A DNA stretch of 45,977 bases from a virus (taxonomy: Duplodnaviria; Caudoviricetes): positions 1-45,977 of the IMG/VR virus record IMGVR_UViG_3300021082_000047, one strand, 5' to 3'. The notes below the pieces were generated by a model that was not told the DNA's origin, searched no databases, and saw only the letters and a list, made by a program, of their open reading frames with translations. How positions within the stretch are numbered: position 1 is the stretch's first letter; each line of letters begins with the position of its first letter. Below, piece after piece: positions 8,132-15,181 of the stretch. Position numbers and translations under genes: made by a program.

Positions 8132-8416
8132 TCACGCGCTCGCGGCTTTGATCGCCTTGAGCTTGTCGAGGAACGGCACGAGCGCCTGCGCTGCGTCCTC
8201 GCGGGCCTCGTGCGCCGCTACCGCCTTGGCATCCGCCGCATCATGCGCCCTTGCCGCCTCGCTCAGAGCCTTGGCCTCAGCCCCCGTCAGCGCGAGGACG
8301 TGCCGCGGCTCGAATCCGCGCATCTCCGCCCACGCCCGCAGTGAGAACCGATCCCGCTTCGTCGCGCTGTTGGTGTCCGTTGGCATCCCCGCTAGATCCG
8401 TTGCTTCCGCTTCCAT
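8132..8416 (-). CDS. Hypothetical protein (94 aa)
   Basis: AAGGAGGAG RBS. Confidence 0.65.
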   Translation of the reverse strand: MEAEATDLAGMPTDTNSATKRDRFSLRAWAEMRGFEPRHVLALTGAEAKALSEAARAHDAADAKAVAAHEAREDAAQALVPFLDKLKAIKAASA

Positions 8417-8482
8417 CCTTGATCTCCTCCTTGATTGCCTCGCCTCTGAACGCCGATACCGCCGTCCACCCGTGCCCGGTGC

Positions 8483-8680
8483 TCACTTCTTCTCCGGCTT
8501 CGCGACGTTCACCTGCACCTGATGCACATCGTCGCCGCATTCGTGTCCAAAGAACTCGTGCGCGTCCTTGACCAGATCCTTCACCTTCGCGTCCGTCGTC
8601 ATCTCGATCAGCAAAAACAAACGCCTTGGCTTCATTGCTTTCTCCTTGTTCATGTTCACCGCCTGCCAGTCGGGCATCAC
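8483..8680 (-). CDS. Hypothetical protein (up to 65 aa)
   Basis: GGGAG RBS; internal alternative start with AAGGAG. Confidence 0.55.
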   Translation of the reverse strand: MMPDWQAVNMNKEKAMKPRRLFLLIEMTTDAKVKDLVKDAHEFFGHECGDDVHQVQVNVAKPEKK

Positions 8681-8737
8681 TACTCCCGACTGGCGTCCGC
8701 ATCCTTCGCTTCGTCCTTCCCCTGGCCATGTGGCCGA

Positions 8738-9235
8738 TCAGAATGGAATGTCGGGCCGCATGTTCGCCGTGGCCTGCGCCGCGTGATTCGGCTTCGTGAC
8801 AGCGCCCTTGGCATCCTCCTGCGGGATCGCTTCCACCTTTGGATGAGGAACGCCGTCGTTCCCGATCTTTGTTGTGACGTTGATCCGAACGCGCCGCTTC
8901 ATCAGGAACCGATCGGCGGTCCGCTGATCCAGGAAGTCGGTGTACTCCCCGATGCCTTGCGCGTCGAGTTCCTCCGAGGAGTATCCGGCGTGCTTCAAGA
9001 GGCTCGCGATGGTAAAGACCGCTTTCCCCTCGACGATGGCGTCGTACCAGACCTCGCGGCCCTGGCTGTCAGCCATCACCAGCTTGATCTTGCGATCGCC
9101 GGATGTCTTGGTCTTGAGCGGCCCGCCGCCCTGCGATGTCGTGAACACCTTGATGATGTCCACGACGTACTTGCCATCCGGGATGCGGTCAGATTTGACC
9201 GATCCTGCGTCTGCGTCCAGGTTGATCGGCGGCAT
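8738..9235 (-). CDS. DUF669-like single-stranded DNA-binding protein
   Basis: IPDGKYVVDI OB-fold-like start and C-terminal DIPF; follows the Sak4-like ATPase. Confidence 0.75.
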   Translation of the reverse strand: MPPINLDADAGSVKSDRIPDGKYVVDIIKVFTTSQGGGPLKTKTSGDRKIKLVMADSQGREVWYDAIVEGKAVFTIASLLKHAGYSSEELDAQGIGEYTDFLDQRTADRFLMKRRVRINVTTKIGNDGVPHPKVEAIPQEDAKGAVTKPNHAAQATANMRPDIPF

Positions 9236-9237
9236 GG

Positions 9238-10248
9238 TTACGCAACCTCCTTCGGTGCGAGCTTGTCTTTCACTTCGGTTGACTTGTCGGAGTAGAGCTG
9301 CCGGAGCACTTCGATGTGCTCGTCGAGCAGGTACCGCGTCTCTTTCTTCATGGTCGTGGCGAACGATGCGACATCTTCGATGGACGCGGCGGCAACGATC
9401 TCGGCCTTGAGAGCCCTGAACTTGGTCAGAGACTTTTCGGCCTTGTCCTTTGCCTTGTCCTCTTGCTTCTGAAGCAGCTCGCCGTCCTTTGCGATGCGCT
9501 CCGACTCGTCCTCGGTCGGTGCCTGGACTTCCCCGAGAAGAGGCAGCAAGGGTTCAATCGTCGAGAAAGACGGGTTGCGGAACACCTTCCCGGAGAGCAC
9601 GCCGGTACGATCCTTCTCGACGTACACCTCGTAGATGCTCTTGGTCGAGTCGGTCGGATCCTTGCGCGACTCCATCCGCATGCAGATGTGCGTCTCGTAC
9701 TGAGTCTCACCCTCGGCGCGCATCGAAACGCCCACGCGCTGAAGCTCGCCGTTGACCGTCTCAAAGAGGTTCTTCTGTCGGCCGAGGACGAACAGATCGA
9801 ACGGCGAGTCGATCACCCAGCTGAGCAGGCTGCGGTACGGCTTCTTTGCCGGACCCCAATGGCGAAGCTCTAACGGCTTGCCGTTGTTGAAGCGCGACTC
9901 CGCGGCTTCGATTGCCGAATCCCAGACGTGGGAAATCGAGTCGATCACGAGGACGCCGTGAGTTGCAGGATCAAGCGACTTGATCGCCTCAACCGTGTCG
10001 CCCAGGCTGCGGGTGTAGACGGCGTCGAAGTCGAACGCAGCCGGGTGGACGGTGCGCTGCGGAATCGCCATCGTGTAGAAGTCGGTGCCGCGCTCCGTGT
10101 CGACAAAGGCGATCCGCTTCCCGCGCACCTTGGCGAGCCCTTCCGCGAACAGGAGCGCGGTGAAGGTCTTTCCCGAGCCCGGAGGCCCGTACATGGAAAC
10201 CTTGAGCCGTGCCTGTTGCGCGGCAGCCTTGGAGAATCGAACACTCAT
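9238..10248 (-). CDS. Sak4-like AAA ATPase (single-strand annealing recombinase)
   Basis: YGPPGSGKT, VDTERG, VLVIDSISH, KDRTG. Confidence 0.85.
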   Translation of the reverse strand: MSVRFSKAAAQQARLKVSMYGPPGSGKTFTALLFAEGLAKVRGKRIAFVDTERGTDFYTMAIPQRTVHPAAFDFDAVYTRSLGDTVEAIKSLDPATHGVLVIDSISHVWDSAIEAAESRFNNGKPLELRHWGPAKKPYRSLLSWVIDSPFDLFVLGRQKNLFETVNGELQRVGVSMRAEGETQYETHICMRMESRKDPTDSTKSIYEVYVEKDRTGVLSGKVFRNPSFSTIEPLLPLLGEVQAPTEDESERIAKDGELLQKQEDKAKDKAEKSLTKFRALKAEIVAAASIEDVASFATTMKKETRYLLDEHIEVLRQLYSDKSTEVKDKLAPKEVA

Positions 10249-10315
10249 CGCACGCTTCCTTTACCGGGGTATCCGCAGAGCGAAATGCTGCGCGGGCGTG
10301 CCGGAGAAATTGGTT

Positions 10316-10435
10316 TCAGTCTTCGAGCCATGCGTCCTCGTTGCCGTGATCCGCGCGGAGCGACCGATGCGCGAATCCCCAAAAGATCGCCGTCACCGCG
10401 GAGAAGAATGCCCACCAGCCGAAGAACGTAATCAT
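10316..10435 (-). CDS. Small membrane peptide (39 aa)
   Basis: MITFFGWWAFFSAVTAIFWG; AGGAGG RBS; ATGA overlap with the sigma gene. Confidence 0.55.
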   Translation of the reverse strand: MITFFGWWAFFSAVTAIFWGFAHRSLRADHGNEDAWLED

Positions 10436-11073
10436 GCCCGCCTCCTTGCCAGCTCGTGCATGGCCTGCGTCTCGAGTTGCCTCACCTGCCGGCGCGTGAG
10501 CTTCAGCCGCTTCGCGCAGGCATCCACCGTGTGCTGTTCCTCGCCTTCGATGCCGTAGCGGAGCTTGAGCACGGAAGCCGACGCGCGCGGCAGAGTTCCG
10601 AGCATCCTTCCGAGCTTGCGCGCGTCGTCGTTGGCAGCCGCGATCCGCTCCGGCCTCGGCTGACTGCACCTGGCCTGCTCGATCGCCTCGCCGAGCGCGA
10701 CCTTGGCCTTCTTGGCGCACTCCGTCGAGGACGCCGATCCTTCTCGCCAGCGGTAGTACTCCGGGACGCGGATCAGGGATCCCGTGTTGTGGATCGCGCG
10801 CTGCATGAACTGGATCACCCAAGGCGTTGCGTAGGTGGCGAACTTCACCCGCTTCTTCGGATCGTAGTCCTCGAGGGCGCGGATCAGGCCGAGCATCCCG
10901 TGTCCAACCAGATCGTCGAAGTCGAGCCCGCCGCATCCCTTCATCCGCTCGGCGCGCGCCTTCACGAGCCCTTGATTGCGCAGGATCATCTCGTCCCAGG
11001 CGGCGGTGTCGCCCTTGCGGATGCGCGCGATCAGCGCGAGTTCTTCCTCGCGGGTGGGGTGGGAGAACTTCAT
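10432..11073 (-). CDS. Sigma-70 family RNA polymerase sigma factor (RpoD/RpoS-like, shortened)
   Basis: Region 1.2 TREEELAL; region 2 NQGLV..DLVGHGMLGLIRALEDYDP..KFATYATPWV; region 4 VLKLRYGI..TRRQVRQLETQAM. Confidence 0.9.
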   Translation of the reverse strand: MKFSHPTREEELALIARIRKGDTAAWDEMILRNQGLVKARAERMKGCGGLDFDDLVGHGMLGLIRALEDYDPKKRVKFATYATPWVIQFMQRAIHNTGSLIRVPEYYRWREGSASSTECAKKAKVALGEAIEQARCSQPRPERIAAANDDARKLGRMLGTLPRASASVLKLRYGIEGEEQHTVDACAKRLKLTRRQVRQLETQAMHELARRRA

Positions 11074-11333
11074 GCGTTCTTCCACCTCCCGCAGATCACG
11101 AGCGCCGCGCGCATCTTTTGCAGGAGGGCATCCGTCTCCGTCGGCGGATACCCCTCTGGCGCGAAGGTGTTCGGCCCGCCCAGCTCGCGGATCTCCTCAT
11201 GCGCCAGTTCGCACGCATCCGCGAGCGCCTTCACCTGCATCCGCAGGTGGCGGATGTGATCGCCAAGGGCGGTGAACTCCGCGTCTACGGGATCGATCTC
11301 GGACTCGACGACCTGCTTTCCGTTGCGGATCAT
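11070..11333 (-). CDS. Hypothetical protein (87 aa)
   Basis: AAGGAGG RBS; ATGA overlaps. Confidence 0.65.
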   Translation of the reverse strand: MIRNGKQVVESEIDPVDAEFTALGDHIRHLRMQVKALADACELAHEEIRELGGPNTFAPEGYPPTETDALLQKMRAALVICGRWKNA

Positions 11334-11536
11334 GACGCCTCCTTCGGGAGCATGTCGAACGCCAGGGCTGCCTTCTTGAACGCGAGCGAGAGGTTGAGAC
11401 GCATCTCCATCGGGAGCGCATCGAAGTCGGGACGGTTGCGGACCAGCGACACATCCGCGATGAACGCGATCAGGAGAGATTCCACGCGCTCGCGGGCGGT
11501 ATGGGTCGGCATGGCGATGGGACGAAGGGCGTTCAA
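11330..11536 (-). CDS. Hypothetical protein (start TTG 11536 or ATG 11512)
   Basis: Fills the gap with 4-nt overlaps. Confidence 0.55.
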   Translation of the reverse strand: MNALRPIAMPTHTARERVESLLIAFIADVSLVRNRPDFDALPMEMRLNLSLAFKKAALAFDMLPKEAS

Positions 11537-11886
11537 GATGCACCAGCTTTCTTCGAGTAGAAGCGCACGCCGTTGGCGGCCATTTCCTTGTCGTTGCAGG
11601 CGTCGCACTGCTTCTTGCCGGACAGCTCCTCGATGCGCCCGAAGTCGGCGCTGTCAAAGAGCTTGTCGCAGTCGTCACAGGTCAGGATGTCCTGATCCTG
11701 ATCCATGAACGCCTGCGCCGCCGTCTCGCGCGCCCACCTGGGGTCGTAGACGGGGCGGTCGAACTCGATCCGACCATCCGCGAAGAGCGTCGCCTCGACG
11801 TCGTTGAAGTCCGAGTAGTCCGTCTCGGCCTTGATCCACACCTCGCACACCTTGAAGGTGGAAGGATCGAACTTGGTTTCGCTCAT
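11533..11886 (-). CDS. Hypothetical zinc-ribbon protein (117 aa)
   Basis: CDDC..CDAC; ATGA overlap with the HNH gene. Confidence 0.65.
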   Translation of the reverse strand: MSETKFDPSTFKVCEVWIKAETDYSDFNDVEATLFADGRIEFDRPVYDPRWARETAAQAFMDQDQDILTCDDCDKLFDSADFGRIEELSGKKQCDACNDKEMAANGVRFYSKKAGAS

Positions 11887-12395
11887 GCTGCACCCGCTTT
11901 CCGCGCACGAATCCGCTTGCACATCCGGCACATCCGGTGGGTCCCCTTGTTCTTGCCCGACTCGTGCCGGTAAACGATCAGGTTCTCCCCCTCGTAGGCG
12001 TGACCGGCGGGGCAGTGCGTCTTCTTGGCGTTGTGGGCCGCAATCGTCTTGCCGCGCATCAAGTTCACCCGATGCGTGACCGGCTGAAGGTGCTTCGGAT
12101 TGAAGCACGCACGATTGCGGCAGAGATGGTCGAGCTCCAGGCGCGGGTCGATCCGGCCCACGAGCTGCTCGTAGGCGTAGACGTGCATCGGCTTGCCCTT
12201 GGTGCCGATGTAGATGACTCCGTAGCCATCGGCGTTGGTGCGAGCCCACGTCCAGCACTCGCCCTCAAAGGAAGGTGGCGCGGCGTCCGCAGCGCCGCCG
12301 GGCACTGCGAAATGACGAGCAGCGTCGGAACGCCGCGCCTGTCCTTTTTGTCTGGTGGAACGCTGTGGAGATTCAGCGGACGATGAACGGAGCAT
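11883..12395 (-). CDS. HNH endonuclease, first ORF of the early operon (paralog of 836-1264); N-terminal ~40 codons may mainly serve RNA structure
   Basis: ECWTW..DGYG..LDHLCRNRACFNPKHLQPVTHRVN, THCPAGH..CRMC; GGAGGG RBS. Confidence 0.85.
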   Translation of the reverse strand: MLRSSSAESPQRSTRQKGQARRSDAARHFAVPGGAADAAPPSFEGECWTWARTNADGYGVIYIGTKGKPMHVYAYEQLVGRIDPRLELDHLCRNRACFNPKHLQPVTHRVNLMRGKTIAAHNAKKTHCPAGHAYEGENLIVYRHESGKNKGTHRMCRMCKRIRARKAGAA

Positions 12396-12516
12396 TCGCA
12401 GTGCCCTCCGAGTTTCTACCTCGGTACCGCTGATCCTCGCGGCCAGGTGCGGTTCGGGTTTATCAGGCCCGGGCCGCTGTCGGCGCGGCGCACGTTGCGC
12501 CTCACTGACGACTCAG

Positions 12517-12545
12517 AATCTACAGCGACAGATTCCGCGAGTCAA
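12517..12545 (-). promoter_or_regulatory. Leftward sigma-70-type early promoter
   Basis: Minus strand TTGACT (12545-12540), 17 nt, TAGATT (12522-12517). Confidence 0.7.
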
Positions 12546-12690
12546 GAAAGAATTTCTTTGACCACGCCAAAAAGCAAATCAGGAGGCTCGGACGCTGAAG
12601 TCCGTCAGAAAACGCCATCTGACTACGGAGCGGAATGCGCTGTTTTCGGGGATCCCGGATCGTGACCGGGTGGGTGCCATCAGTCGGAGC

Positions 12691-12805
12691 GCTCGAATGG
12701 TACTACGGATTGACTGGCCGTTCGTGTTTCTACCACGGCTTGTGGGTGTAGGGTGGTGCCCACCCTCCCGACTTATCACCGGGACCCACGGGGGGCCGTT
12801 CGAGC
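12691..12805 (+). ncRNA. Predicted structured small RNA immediately upstream of the tRNA
   Basis: Hand fold: P1 GCTCGAATGG/CCGTTCGAGC, P2 GCCGT/ACGGC, P3 TGTGGGT/ACCCACG enclosing P4 AGGGTGG/CCACCCT and P5 CCCG/CGGG; G-U pairs favour the plus strand. Confidence 0.55.
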
Positions 12806-12809
12806 ATCA

Positions 12810-12882
12810 GGGGTCGTCGTTCAATTGGATAGGACCTGGGCCTACGAAGTCCAGTATCCCGGTTCGAGTCCGGGCGACCCCG
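12810..12882 (+). tRNA. tRNA-Arg(ACG), no encoded CCA; probable attP
   Basis: Acceptor GGGGTCG/CGACCCC, D arm GTTC/GGAC, anticodon arm TGGGC-CTACGAA-GTCCA, T arm CCCGG-TTCGAGT-CCGGG; abuts the integrase stop codon. Confidence 0.92.
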
Positions 12883-13806
12883 CTACTTTTCCTTCTTCTT
12901 CGGCGGATTCCAGACCTTTTTCTTCCATTCCTGGATCAGGTGGGCGTCGCCCATGTCCATATAGTGCAGGGTCATGGCCCTCGTGGAGTGCCCGACCACC
13001 TTCTGAATCAGCGCGCCGTCTAATCCGCTCCGCGCGAGGCTTGAAATGGCTGTCCAACGGAGCGCGTGGATGTCCAGAGAGCGCCCCGTTTGATCCTCGC
13101 GGGGGATTTCAGCGCGCTTCAGCGTGTCGAAGAAAGCGCGTCGCGCAATGCCGTGCGTGCTCTTTGACCACGGGTCGCCGTTCGGTGTGACAAAGATCAG
13201 CGGGCCGACGGACTTCGCCTTGAGCTGCGCCGCGAACGCCGGACGAATCGGGACCGAGCGAGGCGGCCCGCTCTTCCCTCGCGTCGGTCGCAGGTGAACC
13301 ATGTTCTTCCCGATGTCGTCCACCGTCAGACCGACGACGCGGCCCCATCGCTGACCGAGTTCGATCAGCGCTTCCCAGATCGGCGTCATCGGGAATTCGA
13401 GTTCGAGGTCTTCATCCCGATGCCTGGAAGCAGCGAGAAAACGCTGTATTTCGGCCTCGCTCATGGATCGCCTGAGCTTCTTCAGGTCGCACGGTCGCTC
13501 GGGGAGAGCTTTGATCCCTTCGATGGGGTTCTCCTGGATGAGCTTCGCGCCGCGGCACCACTCGAAGAACGTGCTGAGCGCCTTGATCTCGGCGTTGATC
13601 GTCCGGTTGCTCTTCCGCTTCGACTTCCGCCACTGTCGGTAGCGGAGAATCCTCACCGGGTCGAAGTCTTGGAGATGCTTCATCAGGCGGTGAAGCTGGC
13701 TCCTGACGTTTCGGTAGTGGTCGTCCCCGGCCCTGTCCTTCAGGTCTTCGAGGTAGAGTTCGATCAGTTCGGACGGTGATCGGGCCGCGCGCTTTTTGGC
13801 GAGCAT
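12883..13806 (-). CDS. int: Tyrosine recombinase / integrase
   Basis: SAM-like N domain (RTINAEIKALSTFFEW), LGQRWG (catalytic R), HALR, VGHS..MTLHY; GGGAGGG RBS before ATG 13806. Confidence 0.92.
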   Translation of the reverse strand: MLAKKRAARSPSELIELYLEDLKDRAGDDHYRNVRSQLHRLMKHLQDFDPVRILRYRQWRKSKRKSNRTINAEIKALSTFFEWCRGAKLIQENPIEGIKALPERPCDLKKLRRSMSEAEIQRFLAASRHRDEDLELEFPMTPIWEALIELGQRWGRVVGLTVDDIGKNMVHLRPTRGKSGPPRSVPIRPAFAAQLKAKSVGPLIFVTPNGDPWSKSTHGIARRAFFDTLKRAEIPREDQTGRSLDIHALRWTAISSLARSGLDGALIQKVVGHSTRAMTLHYMDMGDAHLIQEWKKKVWNPPKKKEK

Positions 13807-13890
13807 GGCTTCAAATCCGCCCTCCCGTGTCACTTTCGACGCTTCGCCGCCGCTTCCGGCTTGCGTCGAACCCCGGTAGAATCCTTGGGT

Positions 13891-14133
13891 ATGGCGCAAA
13901 AGCGTAGGCGTATGCCAAAAAGTGACAAGATCACCCGGAACACCTGGCTCACCCCCGGGTACGCGAGCCTGCTCATGGGCGGGAGGCCGAGCGATCAGAC
14001 GATCATCAACGCCATCCGAGACGGGCGGCTGGACGGGATCATCACGTTCGGGGACGACGACACCAGAGCGTACTCGGTCCAGTGGGGGAGGGTGCGCTCT
14101 TTCACACCCAGGATCTACACCCGCAAAAGCTGA
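13891..14133 (+). CDS. Excisionase-like / winged-HTH DNA-binding protein, divergent from int
   Basis: WLTPGYASLL..SDQTIINAIRDGRLDG resembles HTH_17/Xis; TAGAAT 8 nt upstream of the ATG. Confidence 0.6.
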   Translation: MAQKRRRMPKSDKITRNTWLTPGYASLLMGGRPSDQTIINAIRDGRLDGIITFGDDDTRAYSVQWGRVRSFTPRIYTRKS

Positions 14134-14282
14134 ACACCTTCTGTGAATTCCGAGGCAAACACCCAAGAAAGCAAGGCAAGGCAGATCCTGGCGTTTCATG
14201 GGGCGTAAGGTTTACGACACACCCCTTGCCGGATTCTTGCGCTTGTCACTTTTTTTCTGGCCCGTCGCTGTAGACTCCCGCC

Positions 14283-14486
14283 ATGCGTGAAGAAGAGCCG
14301 CGCCGCGTCCTCGTCGAGCAGACCTCGAAGAAGCTCAAGAAGGAGCACCTGCTGTGGGGCTGCCTGCTTCTCGTCGGGCTCGGCCTGCTCCTGTGCGGCA
14401 TCTGGAAAGCCGGACTCGTCGCGATGGCGGTCGGAGCCGTCGGATGCGGCGCGGTCAAGCAGAAAATCTGGTGGGACCACGGATAG
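14283..14486 (+). CDS. Small two-TM membrane protein (possible superinfection-exclusion/lysogenic gene)
   Basis: EQTSKKLK, two hydrophobic segments, C-terminal WWDHG. Confidence 0.7.
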   Translation: MREEEPRRVLVEQTSKKLKKEHLLWGCLLLVGLGLLLCGIWKAGLVAMAVGAVGCGAVKQKIWWDHG

Positions 14487-14488
14487 CC

Positions 14489-14902
14489 ATGAGAACCATC
14501 CTCGCCATCGTCCTCGCGTCCTCTCTCGCCCTCGGTCAGAAGCAGGAGATCTGCCAGGAGAACAGCGACAACGCCTACGCCACGATCTCAACGGTGATCA
14601 CTCCGACCCTGTACGTCGGCGGCCTGCCCAACCAGCCGTTCATCCTCTGGGCATCGCAGACGTTCCTGTGCTCAGCCGCCACCATCGAGGCCGGCAGCGT
14701 GGATCTCGCCTTCTACGAGGGGAGCCCGTTCTTTCTCACGATGGGCAACACGGGCGCGCAAACCTACTGGACGGCCGACCTCCCCATCGTCTTCGAGCTG
14801 GGCTACATCTTCATGCAGGCGGCTGTGGTGGATCCGACCGCGCCCGGGGGATGGCGACTCACGGCGCGTGTGTTCTGGTCTGAGGGCTGGCAGCCCGGGT
14901 AA
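14489..14902 (+). CDS. Secreted protein (137 aa), distant paralog of 45046-45516
   Basis: Signal peptide MRTILAIVLASSLALG; GSVDL motif; C-terminal QAAVVDPTAPGGWRLT. Confidence 0.75.
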   Translation: MRTILAIVLASSLALGQKQEICQENSDNAYATISTVITPTLYVGGLPNQPFILWASQTFLCSAATIEAGSVDLAFYEGSPFFLTMGNTGAQTYWTADLPIVFELGYIFMQAAVVDPTAPGGWRLTARVFWSEGWQPG

Positions 14903-14906
14903 ATGG

Positions 14907-14949
14907 TCACGGCCACCATCCCGCCGAAGTGGCGATCAGGTGGCCGTGA
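14907..14949. terminator. Strong hairpin between convergent transcription units
   Basis: TCACGGCCACC / GGTGGCCGTGA perfect 11-bp stem with inner CGCC/GGCG; no U-tract. Confidence 0.5.
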
Positions 14950-14987
14950 TCCAGTCGTGTCTCGATCTCTGGGGACTGGGATTATAG

Positions 14988-15116
14988 CTACGCTGCCGAG
15001 CGATCCGCGATCCACGCGGCGCAGGCTTGTAGGCTCCCGATGAACACGGGCAGGCCCCATTGCTCGACACGCCACCAGAATCCGTCCGACTTCGGTTCCA
15101 TCTTCAACTCGAACAT
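14988..15116 (-). CDS. Small protein (42 aa, MFELKMEPKSDGFWWRVEQW...; not in ORF track)
   Basis: Hand translation; GGAGG RBS. Confidence 0.6.
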   Translation of the reverse strand: MFELKMEPKSDGFWWRVEQWGLPVFIGSLQACAAWIADRSAA

Positions 15117-15129
15117 CTTGCCTCCAGAG

Positions 15130-15161
15130 ACAAAGACAGCCGAGCGCGATGCCCGGCTGTC
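15130..15161 (-). terminator. Putative intrinsic terminator near the end of the late operon
   Basis: GACAGCCG..CGGCTGTC hairpin followed by TTTGT on the minus strand. Confidence 0.45.
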
Positions 15162-15181
15162 GGCGTTCCTACGTGGTCAGA

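Noticed and set aside
7596-8135. 179-aa ORF overlapping the replication gene
   Set aside because: Low-complexity translation running through a terminator-like hairpin and out of frame over rep; at most a leader peptide.
12640-12810. Hammerhead or HDV/theta ribozyme next to the tRNA
   Set aside because: The minus strand has CTGATG and GAAA, but not the CUGAUGA core with the required stems; I could not build an HDV-type pseudoknot by eye. An Infernal search would settle it.
13807-14199. N-terminal extension giving a 438-aa integrase
   Set aside because: The extension is antisense to the Xis-like gene and looks non-protein-like; an SD precedes ATG 13806.
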